From assembly GCF_000011465.1 (NCBI RefSeq), contig NC_005072.1:660001-692000 (forward strand): a stretch of 32,000 nucleotides of DNA, written 5' to 3'. This stretch comes from Prochlorococcus marinus subsp. pastoris str. CCMP1986. Its GTDB lineage: Bacteria > Cyanobacteriota > Cyanobacteriia > PCC-6307 > Cyanobiaceae. Position 1 is the first letter of the stretch. Each line of letters starts with the position of its first letter. The position numbers and the translations under genes were made by a program. The notes under the pieces are model-generated. The model saw only the letters and a list, made by a program, of their open reading frames with translations, made no database searches and was not told the origin of the DNA. Shown here piece after piece: positions 8,058 through 15,853 of the stretch.

Positions 8058-9113
8058 ATGAAGCTTAGATTATTTGAGTTCTATTTTATTAAAGACTACT
8101 TAAGGCCTTGGTTTGGTCTTATTTATTCTTTATTCTTTCTATTTTTTTTAGGTGCTATTGGGTATCGAATTACAGAGGGCTGGGACTGGGGTGATTGCTT
8201 ATGGATGGTTCTGATCACAATAACCACTATTGGTTTTGGAGAAGTTCAAACTTTAAGTCCTGAAGGAAGAATTATCACTGTTCTTATAATCGTTGGCGGA
8301 TTAATTTTTATTCAATTTACCTTCCAAAAAGCTGTTAGATTATTTGAATCCGGCTATTTTCAAAGAGTAAATGAATTACGCTTTAAAAGACTTCTAAGAA
8401 AAATGGAAAATCATGTAATTTTGTGCGGATATGGGAGGGTAGGTCAGGAAATATCTAATCAAATAAAAACACAAAATATTCCTATTATTGTTGTAGAAAG
8501 CGATGAAGATAGAAAAAAGATTGCTGAAGATAATGGATTAGAAGTTCTTTGTGCCGATGCAACTCTTGATGAAACCTTAAAACTAGCTGGTTTAGATAAA
8601 TGCAAAAGTTTGGTTGTTACCTTACCTAATGATGCTGCTAATCTATATGTCGTTTTAAGTGCTAAAGGGATAAGAAGTTCAATAAGAGTAATTGCTAGAG
8701 CTGGAACGGAAGAAGCAGCTAGTAAATTGAGATTAGCTGGAGCAAGTATTGTTGTTAGTCCTTACATAGCAGCGGGAAGAGCTATGGCCTCAATGGCTTT
8801 AAGACCAATAGCGATTGACTTCTTAGATTTATTGGCGGGAAGTGAATGTGAAATTGAAGAATTTGAATTAAGTAATGATATTAGCCTTTTTGAAACTGCA
8901 GAAAAGATTACTCTTTTAGAGCTTGGAATAGGTAAAAAGAGTGGTGCAAAAATATTAGCTATTAAGGAAGATGAAAAGTTAATAACCAATCCTGGAGGTG
9001 ATTTTTTACTTCAGCCTGGTCAGGTATTAATTGCTTTTGGAAGTAAGGAACAACTAACTACCCTTAATAGACTTTTAGGAAATCTTGTAGTTTCAGTTGA
9101 ATTATTAAAGTAA
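8058..9113 (+). CDS. 2-TM potassium channel with RCK (TrkA-N/TrkA-C) domains
   Basis: The selectivity filter TTIGFGE is flanked by two TM helices. A Rossmann GxGxxG (CGYGRVGQ) follows, then a TrkA-C-like C-terminus. Confidence 0.9.
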   Translation: MKLRLFEFYFIKDYLRPWFGLIYSLFFLFFLGAIGYRITEGWDWGDCLWMVLITITTIGFGEVQTLSPEGRIITVLIIVGGLIFIQFTFQKAVRLFESGYFQRVNELRFKRLLRKMENHVILCGYGRVGQEISNQIKTQNIPIIVVESDEDRKKIAEDNGLEVLCADATLDETLKLAGLDKCKSLVVTLPNDAANLYVVLSAKGIRSSIRVIARAGTEEAASKLRLAGASIVVSPYIAAGRAMASMALRPIAIDFLDLLAGSECEIEEFELSNDISLFETAEKITLLELGIGKKSGAKILAIKEDEKLITNPGGDFLLQPGQVLIAFGSKEQLTTLNRLLGNLVVSVELLK

Positions 9114-9219
9114 TTTTAAAGGGTTTTGAAAAAATTCCTTAATCTTAAAAAATTTTCTAATTTTAAGAAAAAACCACCTTACTTTACTGAAAATACAAAT
9201 TATTCAATTAAATAAGTCT

Positions 9220-9255
9220 GTCTCTTTAATTTTGTGTGAGGAAGATTAAAGAGAC
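9220..9255. other. perfect 11-bp stem hairpin with a 14-nt loop containing GTGTGAGGA
   Basis: GTCTCTTTAAT (9220-9230) pairs with ATTAAAGAGAC (9245-9255). The loop is TTTGTGTGAGGAAG. No convincing T-run follows on the + strand. Confidence 0.5.
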
Positions 9256-9277
9256 AATCTAAAGATAAGTAAAAAGG

Positions 9278-9308
9278 TTTAAGGAAAAATTAAAAAGAAA
9301 ATAAGATC
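9278..9308 (+). promoter_or_regulatory. candidate Pho box upstream of phoB
   Basis: The units are TTTAAGGA, ATTAAAAA and AAATAAGA, separated by 3-nt spacers. TTAA occurs at 9279 and 9290, exactly 11 nt apart, and the third unit is degenerate. The array lies about 95-120 nt upstream of the ATG at 9400. Confidence 0.35.
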
Positions 9309-9399
9309 AAATAAAAAATAAGTATTGAATGTAACGTAAATATGAAATAATTACAACAAATAAATTTGATTATATAAAATTAATTTGTTAGGAGATTTC

Positions 9400-10128
9400 A
9401 TGGCTGCTAAAGAACATAAAAGTTTGCAAGGATCAAAGATTCTTCTGATAGAAGATGATAAAAGTATTAGGCTTACTGTTACTGAATCATTAATAAGTGA
9501 AGGTTTTGAAGTATCAAATTTTAAAGATGGGTCTAGTGCTTTAGATTTTATTTTGGGAGAAGGAATAAAAGATTTTGATCTTATCCTTCTGGATTTAATG
9601 TTGCCAGGCTTAAATGGGTTAGAGTTATGCAGAAAAATAAGAAATGAAGAATTATATACACCTATATTGATTTTGAGTGCAAAAGGAAATGAATCGGATA
9701 GGGTTCTTGGCTTAGAAGTAGGAGCTGATGATTACCTAACAAAGCCATTTGGGATTAGTGAATTAATTGCTAGGTGCAGAGCCTTACTAAGAAGGTCTAA
9801 AAGGGGTAAAGAAAAGAAACAAAAAATTGAAACGATAATCGAATATAAAAATATTAAGATGTTTACAGAAGAATGCAGAGTAACAAATTTTAATCAAGAA
9901 ATAATATTATCTCCAAAAGAATTCAAATTATTAGAATTATTTATCAAAAATCCTAAAAGGGTATGGTCTAGGGATTTAATACTTGAAAAAATATGGGCTA
10001 TAGATTTTATAGGAGATACAAAAACTGTGGATGTACATGTTAGATGGCTTAGAGAAAAACTAGAAGAAAATCCCTCCGCGCCAAAAATTATAAAGACTGT
10101 TAGAGGTTTTGGATATAGGTTCGGATGA
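9400..10128 (+). CDS. phoB: phosphate regulon response regulator PhoB (OmpR family)
   Basis: Receiver motifs (LLIEDD, DLILLDLMLPG, LTKPF) and a winged-helix C-terminus (VDVHVRWLREKLE, TVRGFGYRF). GGAG at 9391-9394 precedes the ATG at 9400. The track start at 9385 is TTG. It is followed by phoR with an ATGA overlap. Confidence 0.92.
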   Translation: MAAKEHKSLQGSKILLIEDDKSIRLTVTESLISEGFEVSNFKDGSSALDFILGEGIKDFDLILLDLMLPGLNGLELCRKIRNEELYTPILILSAKGNESDRVLGLEVGADDYLTKPFGISELIARCRALLRRSKRGKEKKQKIETIIEYKNIKMFTEECRVTNFNQEIILSPKEFKLLELFIKNPKRVWSRDLILEKIWAIDFIGDTKTVDVHVRWLREKLEENPSAPKIIKTVRGFGYRFG

Positions 10129-11273
10129 AAATTAAATCGCTTCAAGAATTAGTATTGTTCTTTCATGAAAAGTGGAAGATTAAAGTTAAAAAATTTCATA
10201 AAAGAGAAGATAAAAATTTACTAACTAAAAAAAGATATAAGGAGTTTATTGACTTTCCCTTTGAAAAAATTCCTCCTTTTGAAATTTTATCTTGGTTGGA
10301 TTATTCTTCTCAGGGATGGATTATTTTATCATCAGATTTAACTATCAAATATATCAACGATAAAGCTTTAAAACTTATTAGGCGCATTAAGTGTAAGGAT
10401 GTTATTGGAAAAGCAATAAATGATATTAGTGAATTAGAAATTTTAAGAGATAAAATTCTTTATTCAAGAAAAAAAGATTTACCCTGCTATTTAGATTTCA
10501 ATATCTTTGGCGATCCAATTAGTGCAAGACTAGTAAAAGGAAGAAAAAAAACTTTTTTAATAGTACTAGAAAGTAAGTTATCTATTGAAGCATTAAAAGA
10601 TAGACAAACTCAACTAATAAATGATGTTTCTCATGAATTGAAAACCCCCCTTACATCTCTTATTCTTATTGGAGAAAGATTGGAATCAACCGTCTCAAAA
10701 AAAGATAAATACCTTATTAAAAGGCTTAAAAAAGAATCTAAAAGATTAAAAAAAATGGTTGAAGAGACATTAGAACTTTCGAAATTAAATAATAGTTTTT
10801 CTTACTCAACAAATCAAAAAATTGTTATTGGAAAATTAATTATTGAAACTTGGGAGACATTAAAGCCACTTGCAGAAAAAAAAGAGGTCAATATAAATAT
10901 CAAGTGTTTAGATAAGTATTTGATTTCAGGTGATTATCAGAATTTAAAAAGAGCTTATATAAACATTATCGATAATGCTATTAGATATTCACCTAATAAA
11001 GAGGAAATTAAAATTGAAATTTTTAGAAGAGATAGTTCTGTGGTTATCAAAATTCGTGACAATGGGGTAGGTATAGAAGATGGCGATTTTAATAAGGTTT
11101 TTGGACGTTTTTATCGAGGAGATCCTTCTAGGTCAAAATTTAAAAAAAGTGGAAGCGGACTAGGTCTTTCAATAACAAAAACAATAATCACTAACAATAA
11201 AGGATTTATTAAGGCCTACAATAATAAAGATGGCGGGGCGACTATAGAAACTATATTTCCTTTAGTTAAATAA
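10125..11273 (+). CDS. phoR: phosphate-sensing histidine kinase PhoR (no obvious TM segment)
   Basis: H-box SHELKTPLTS, N-box IIDNAIRYS, G1 IRDNGVGI, F FGRFYRGD and G2 GSGLGLSI. A PAS-like stretch covers roughly residues 55-150. Its start overlaps the phoB stop. Confidence 0.9.
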   Translation: MKIKSLQELVLFFHEKWKIKVKKFHKREDKNLLTKKRYKEFIDFPFEKIPPFEILSWLDYSSQGWIILSSDLTIKYINDKALKLIRRIKCKDVIGKAINDISELEILRDKILYSRKKDLPCYLDFNIFGDPISARLVKGRKKTFLIVLESKLSIEALKDRQTQLINDVSHELKTPLTSLILIGERLESTVSKKDKYLIKRLKKESKRLKKMVEETLELSKLNNSFSYSTNQKIVIGKLIIETWETLKPLAEKKEVNINIKCLDKYLISGDYQNLKRAYINIIDNAIRYSPNKEEIKIEIFRRDSSVVIKIRDNGVGIEDGDFNKVFGRFYRGDPSRSKFKKSGSGLGLSITKTIITNNKGFIKAYNNKDGGATIETIFPLVK

Positions 11274-11289
11274 CATTTGAAAATAATTT

Positions 11290-11616
11290 TTAAAAGATTT
11301 CGGGGCATGATTTTTCTGCTATAAACCTTTTTAAATTCAAAACACCCTCCCTTGTAAAAAGAATACTACCTTCTTTAAGATCATCTGCCCAATAAGAATC
11401 CTTTTTCCCAATAGCTAACCAGAGCCTATCGGGTAAAGTTGGCATATACATGCTTTCGAAAGCCGAAGTGTCGATATTATTTTCTTCTTTCATATCTTTG
11501 CATGCTTCAATCATTAGTTTAGGTCGATTTAAATAATGCCTAACACCCTGCCAATAATATTTTGTTTCAGCTTTAGCTGGATTAGTTAAAAAAAGAATAA
11601 ATAGTAAATATTTCAT
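11290..11616 (-). CDS. secreted 108-aa hypothetical protein
   Basis: Signal-peptide-like N-terminus MKYLLFILFLTNPAKA-E and two Cys residues. It lies downstream of the phosphatase gene on the same strand. Confidence 0.6.
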   Translation of the reverse strand: MKYLLFILFLTNPAKAETKYYWQGVRHYLNRPKLMIEACKDMKEENNIDTSAFESMYMPTLPDRLWLAIGKKDSYWADDLKEGSILFTREGVLNLKRFIAEKSCPEIF

Positions 11617-11653
11617 ACCTAAATTTTAATTAAACTAAAAGAAATTGATGAAA

Positions 11654-11682
11654 AGATACCACCTGTTTATAAGGTGGTATCT
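11654..11682 (-). terminator. Rho-independent terminator after the phosphatase gene
   Basis: AGATACCACC (11654-11663) pairs with GGTGGTATCT (11673-11682) around a 9-nt loop. T-runs follow on both strands. Confidence 0.7.
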
Positions 11683-11692
11683 TTGTTTGATT

Positions 11693-13975
11693 TTAAATTT
11701 TTCCTATATTTAGGAAAAGTGTTTCTCCTGTTGATTTCTTTCCAGTTCCATCATTATCAGTTGAGATCCAGGCTTGACCATCATTATTAATGGCTAATCC
11801 TTCAACCTTTTCAAGAATAAAACCACCAGTGGATTTCATTACTGGTTTTAGATCAGTAACCAATTCTTTTTCAACTAAAGGATAAAGTCTTGGAGGCATA
11901 GTAGTTTGAAGACCTTCGAAAACTACACCATCTAAATCAACTTTATATATGGCTTTTAGCTTTGCCTTTTTACCATAAAAACTATCTCTTTCAATAACGT
12001 AAAGAGCTCCGTCATGATAGGTCAACTCAGAAATCCCTACGCCACCCTTTTTGATTCTATCTAATTGATAATTTACAGCCCCCCATTGCTTACTTATAAG
12101 GTTATAGGAAAGTATTTTAGTTGTATTGAAAGTATCATCACCCCATGGTTTTTGTTGAGCAATATAAAGGATATTTCCATTTCTTGTTATTCCTTCGAAA
12201 CCAGGGTTTTTAGCATAATTAAGATATGAAGGCGGTGGAGTTATCTTCTCTAAAATGTCACCCTCTGAGCTTACATGGTAAATAGCGGGTGGATGTTCAG
12301 TTAGTTTTTTCTTGATTCCTTCGGTAGATATATAAAACCCACCCCTCCCATCAGTTGTAATACCCTCTTGATCCATAAATAAAGCTGTTTTGCCATCAAG
12401 CTTTATATCTATAGCTCTTTCTAGTAAAGCTGGTGAACTTGAAGGATCAATTACATATATTCTTGGCTGAGTTTTAAATGTTCCATCATTTACAGCATAG
12501 ATTTTTCCGTCTTCACCAGAAACCATTCCACTTATAGCTCCCCAAGAAACAAATTCAAGGCCATTTTCATTTGTTAAATGTGGGTAAGAAGCTGGCGCGT
12601 CTTGCAGTTGATAAATAGTCACATGAGATGATAAACCAGGCTCTTTTTTGTTGTAGTCTTTTTCATTTGCTGATGCTATTAGACCTCTATCAGGAATAGC
12701 AACAAATCCTTCTGGTCCAATTCCGGAAGGTAATAGTTGAGTCAATACTGGTTGACTTAATTCTGTTATATCGTAAACAGCTACTATTCCTGCTCTTTCT
12801 GCACCAACGAATAAATACGGTGTACCATCAATTTTACCGAATGTAACTGATTCAGGTTCTACACCTTTTTTGCCAGCTCTCCCATCTTGGAAATGACCTA
12901 TTTGGGCGATTGATCTTTCTAATCTATTTGCATCCTCATATACTACTGTTCCATCTTTTTTGAAAATAGTCCAAGATCTTGATCCACCTCTTTTTGCTTG
13001 TCCAGGAGCTTTATGTTTATAGTCCCCTTCGTTCGCTGTTGCAAAATGATCGTTATCTATCCATGTCAGACCGTCTGGTTCTCTTCTTACATTTTTTAGC
13101 TTTTTCTTGAATTTATGAGCACCATCTTTCTTTGTATCCATACCAGCCATTTGTTTTACAATGCCAGCTGTAAAATGTGAAATAACTTTACCTTCTTTAT
13201 CGATAACTGCAAGATGGTTATTCTCTTGAATAGAAACTACAGTTTCACCAAGATCATTAATTGCAACAAATTCAGGTTCTGGATCACTTGGGGCGATACT
13301 TGCTAATCCAGTTAAATCTACCTTTTTAATAGAATTACATTGTATTTTTCCTTTTTTATTTAGCTTTACAAGAGAAACATATCCAGCAGGGTTAATCTGT
13401 TTCCCATCTTCATCTAATTGAGGAATCTGTCCATCTTTATACTCTTCATCTCTTTCATTTTCTATTGCAACTGCTAAAAACGAACCATCTGGTGAAACAA
13501 AAACGCTGTCAGGTTGCCCACCAAGATCACATTCTTTTACCGCTCTTCTTTTGTCTAAATTATATTGAACTAAAGCTCCTGATGGATTGGTATAGCTTTC
13601 AGATGTATTTGATCCTATGTATATATTATTTCCTAAAGCAGCAATTCCAGTTGGTTCTGCTTCAAGCTCTACAATCCCAAGGGCTTTTGGTTTTGCAGGA
13701 TCAGAAATATCAACTAAACCAACTACCCCTAGATCACTATCTGTATACATCAATGTCTTTCCATCTTCTGAGGCTGTAACTACTTCAGAAGATGTTTTGG
13801 TTGTAGATTTTGATCCCTCTGGTAAATTTTCACTTACATTAAAAGAAGAAATTCTGTTAAAGTTTTTTTCATTTGTCCAATACTTTGTGTTCCAACTTGC
13901 AAATCCACTAGTTGTAGATGAGGCGACAATTGCAAGTAATGCTGAAAAACTTACAGCAGCTAATTTTTTTTTCAT
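11693..13975 (-). CDS. phoA: secreted atypical alkaline phosphatase / phytase-like beta-propeller protein (760 aa)
   Basis: Signal peptide MKKKLAAVSFSALLAIVASS. The sequence is long and G/D/T-rich with repeated strand-turn patterns, typical of propeller-type esterase-like phytase-family proteins. Its position between phoBR and pstS matches the gene called phoA in Prochlorococcus MED4 (from memory). It is not homologous to E. coli PhoA. Confidence 0.75.
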   Translation of the reverse strand: MKKKLAAVSFSALLAIVASSTTSGFASWNTKYWTNEKNFNRISSFNVSENLPEGSKSTTKTSSEVVTASEDGKTLMYTDSDLGVVGLVDISDPAKPKALGIVELEAEPTGIAALGNNIYIGSNTSESYTNPSGALVQYNLDKRRAVKECDLGGQPDSVFVSPDGSFLAVAIENERDEEYKDGQIPQLDEDGKQINPAGYVSLVKLNKKGKIQCNSIKKVDLTGLASIAPSDPEPEFVAINDLGETVVSIQENNHLAVIDKEGKVISHFTAGIVKQMAGMDTKKDGAHKFKKKLKNVRREPDGLTWIDNDHFATANEGDYKHKAPGQAKRGGSRSWTIFKKDGTVVYEDANRLERSIAQIGHFQDGRAGKKGVEPESVTFGKIDGTPYLFVGAERAGIVAVYDITELSQPVLTQLLPSGIGPEGFVAIPDRGLIASANEKDYNKKEPGLSSHVTIYQLQDAPASYPHLTNENGLEFVSWGAISGMVSGEDGKIYAVNDGTFKTQPRIYVIDPSSSPALLERAIDIKLDGKTALFMDQEGITTDGRGGFYISTEGIKKKLTEHPPAIYHVSSEGDILEKITPPPSYLNYAKNPGFEGITRNGNILYIAQQKPWGDDTFNTTKILSYNLISKQWGAVNYQLDRIKKGGVGISELTYHDGALYVIERDSFYGKKAKLKAIYKVDLDGVVFEGLQTTMPPRLYPLVEKELVTDLKPVMKSTGGFILEKVEGLAINNDGQAWISTDNDGTGKKSTGETLFLNIGKI

Positions 13976-14014
13976 TTATTGCATATGAAAATACTAATTA
14001 ATCTTCCCTTTCTA

Positions 14015-14058
14015 AAGTTAAGAACAAAAAATACATTTATTAAGATCAATTTAAGGTT
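14015..14058 (-). promoter_or_regulatory. candidate Pho box (four 8-nt units in 11-nt register) at the -35 position of the phoA promoter
   Basis: The minus strand reads AACCTTAAATTGATCTTAATAAATGTATTTTTTGTTCTTAACTT. The units are CTTAAATT, CTTAATAA, TATTTTTT and CTTAACTT. The last unit ends about 18 nt upstream of a TAGTAT -10-like hexamer and about 40 nt from the ATG. Confidence 0.5.
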
Positions 14059-14071
14059 TTAAAAATATAAG

Positions 14072-14110
14072 CAAAAAAAAAAGACCTATCGCTAGATAGG
14101 TCTTTTTTTG
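14072..14110. terminator. bidirectional Rho-independent terminator (ends the porin gene)
   Basis: AGACCTATC (14082-14090) pairs with GATAGGTCT (14095-14103) around a 4-nt loop. It is flanked by A10 upstream and T7 downstream. Confidence 0.8.
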
Positions 14111-14136
14111 TGTGTAAGATTTTCTAATTAATTTAA

Positions 14137-15495
14137 TTAGAATGAGAATGATAGGAATGAACCAAATCCAGTAGTGTTATCTGAACCTGCTACTTCAGAA
14201 ACGTAAACAAAAGGAGTAACACTCATACTGTCGTTAAGTGGATATTCGTAAGAAAGATCGTATGCATAGACGTCTGTTGTACTGTCTTTCATTTGACCAT
14301 TAGTTCCAACGTTTGCACTTAATGTACCTTCGCCTACATCACCACTGATTCCAAAAGCCCACTGAGTTGTGTCTTCCCCTGTACCTTCTGGAGTACCGAA
14401 TTCAAAACCACCACTAAGTGTAGTTGGTAATCCTTCAGGACTGTAATAAGCAGTTAAACCGTAGTAGCTGGCTGTGTCTTTATCAGAGTAAGCTGCTGTG
14501 AAGCCGTATGAATCTGTCTCATAACCAACAGCTAAGCCATAAGCGTCAGAACTTTGTTCAGTGAACAAACCGGTACCATCTCCACCAGATACACCTATTC
14601 CAAGTTCAAAACCATCTCCAAATCCAGTTGAAGCACTAAATGATGTATCACCACTTAAGTCAACAGAGTTTGCAGCGCCACAATCACCTAAGTTGTCAAC
14701 CATGTTATTCATGGAACATGCATTAGGCCAAGTCTTGGATGCATCCATAGAATGACCAACTGCCATATCCCAAGAACCTACAGGGAAAGAGTAGTTAATG
14801 TCGTCAAGCTTTAGTACGTCAGCGTTACCTGAACCCCAGTCTAAACCAACCTTGTCAGCACCAACATTTGTTAGACCATTTCCAGTTTCAATCTCAATGT
14901 TTAACTTATCTTCACCTGTGAAGCTTGTATTAAAGTCAACTTCAAGGATGTATTCAAACTGAACTGTATCATTGTTGTTAAGCCCAGTTTGACCACTCGC
15001 TGAATCAGTTGCACCTATTAGGAACCCTGCTCCAGCACTCATAGTAGTAGTTTCTGAAAACTGTCCAGCTTCAAATTCGTTAACACGAGCTTCAAGGCCA
15101 TCAACTCTTCCCTTCATAATTGCCAACTCAGAACCAAGTTCGTCACTTAAGCGATTAATCATTGATCCGTTCATCATTCCTTCTCCGCCTGCAAGAAGAT
15201 CATCTGATTGAATTACTGAATTCAAAACAGCTGCAGCTTGGATACGAGAAATTGATTTACCGTTGAAGATTGAAGAATCAACATTATTTGTTTTTGTTGA
15301 TAATTCTTTTAAAGATTCATAAGTCCAATCTCCTGGAAAGAACTCATTACTTTGGAAGTCGCTCATAGAAGCAACCTTTGAAGAATCAGAGTAACTGTTA
15401 AGATCAATTGAATTGATCTCTGCAGCGTTAACTGCAAAACCAGTACTCATAGATATAACTGCAGGAACTGCAATTAATTTTTGAAATAATTTCAT
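14137..15495 (-). CDS. outer-membrane porin, cyanobacterial Som/OprB-like with an N-terminal SLH-like segment
   Basis: Signal peptide ending AVNAAE. A coiled linker (GRVDGLEARVNEFE) is followed by a G/S/T/D-rich region of alternating beta-strands and a C-terminal FSF, the OMP terminal-Phe signature. It is the phosphate-stress porin called phoE in the Prochlorococcus literature (from memory). Confidence 0.85.
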   Translation of the reverse strand: MKLFQKLIAVPAVISMSTGFAVNAAEINSIDLNSYSDSSKVASMSDFQSNEFFPGDWTYESLKELSTKTNNVDSSIFNGKSISRIQAAAVLNSVIQSDDLLAGGEGMMNGSMINRLSDELGSELAIMKGRVDGLEARVNEFEAGQFSETTTMSAGAGFLIGATDSASGQTGLNNNDTVQFEYILEVDFNTSFTGEDKLNIEIETGNGLTNVGADKVGLDWGSGNADVLKLDDINYSFPVGSWDMAVGHSMDASKTWPNACSMNNMVDNLGDCGAANSVDLSGDTSFSASTGFGDGFELGIGVSGGDGTGLFTEQSSDAYGLAVGYETDSYGFTAAYSDKDTASYYGLTAYYSPEGLPTTLSGGFEFGTPEGTGEDTTQWAFGISGDVGEGTLSANVGTNGQMKDSTTDVYAYDLSYEYPLNDSMSVTPFVYVSEVAGSDNTTGFGSFLSFSF

Positions 15496-15579
15496 GTAAA
15501 GTCACACACTTTTAAAAATGGATGTTAATCCAAACTTTTTATAACTTTGTAAGGTTAAGAAATTTACAAGAGTTGGTAA

Positions 15580-15610
15580 AATAAAGCTATTTTTAACTAG
15601 CCCTTAATCA
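15580..15610 (-). promoter_or_regulatory. candidate Pho box upstream of the porin gene
   Basis: The minus-strand units are ATTAAGGG, GTTAAAAA and CTTTATTT, separated by 3-nt spacers. The TTAA cores at 15604, 15593 and 15582 (the last TTTA) are spaced exactly 11 nt apart. The array lies about 85-115 nt upstream of the ATG at 15495. Confidence 0.45.
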
Positions 15611-15738
15611 TTTCTTATATTGATTGACATATTTTTAAGTCTTGTATTCAAATTTAAAAATATTTGAAAATAAATTTCTCAGAAATTCTTTTAATAAGTT
15701 TTAGAAACCTAACTGAATAAAGCTTGGTATAAGATAAG

Positions 15739-15769
15739 TTTAAGAGAAGATTAATTAGCTATTAATTAT
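15739..15769 (+). promoter_or_regulatory. candidate Pho box upstream of pstS
   Basis: The units are TTTAAGAG, ATTAATTA and ATTAATTA, separated by 3-nt spacers. TTAA occurs at 15740, 15751 and 15762, exactly 11 nt apart. The array lies about 85-115 nt upstream of the ATG at 15854. Confidence 0.5.
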
Positions 15770-15853
15770 TAAATAAGCTTAAGAAAACCATTACTAAACA
15801 AATACATAAGATGCTATAAATATGGAGTCTTTCAACATTTTAAAACAAGACTT

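Noticed and set aside
8762-8989. 75-aa minus-strand ORF
   Set aside because: It lies antisense inside the K+ channel gene, which has unambiguous motifs.
9220-9255. The hairpin as the Yfr1 sRNA gene itself (the minus-strand loop reads CUUCCUCACAC)
   Set aside because: The motif differs from ACUCCUCACAC. It sits in a hairpin loop rather than between two stem-loops, and I recall yfr1 lying in a different genomic context (near trxA/guaB). It is treated as a possible target or decoy only.
9894-10145. 83-aa minus-strand ORF
   Set aside because: It lies antisense inside phoB and across the phoB/phoR junction.
13465-13988. + strand ORFs 13465-13779 and 13617-13988
   Set aside because: Both lie antisense within the 760-aa phosphatase gene and have low-complexity, shadow-frame composition.
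14561-14755. 64-aa + strand ORF
   Set aside because: It lies antisense within the porin gene.
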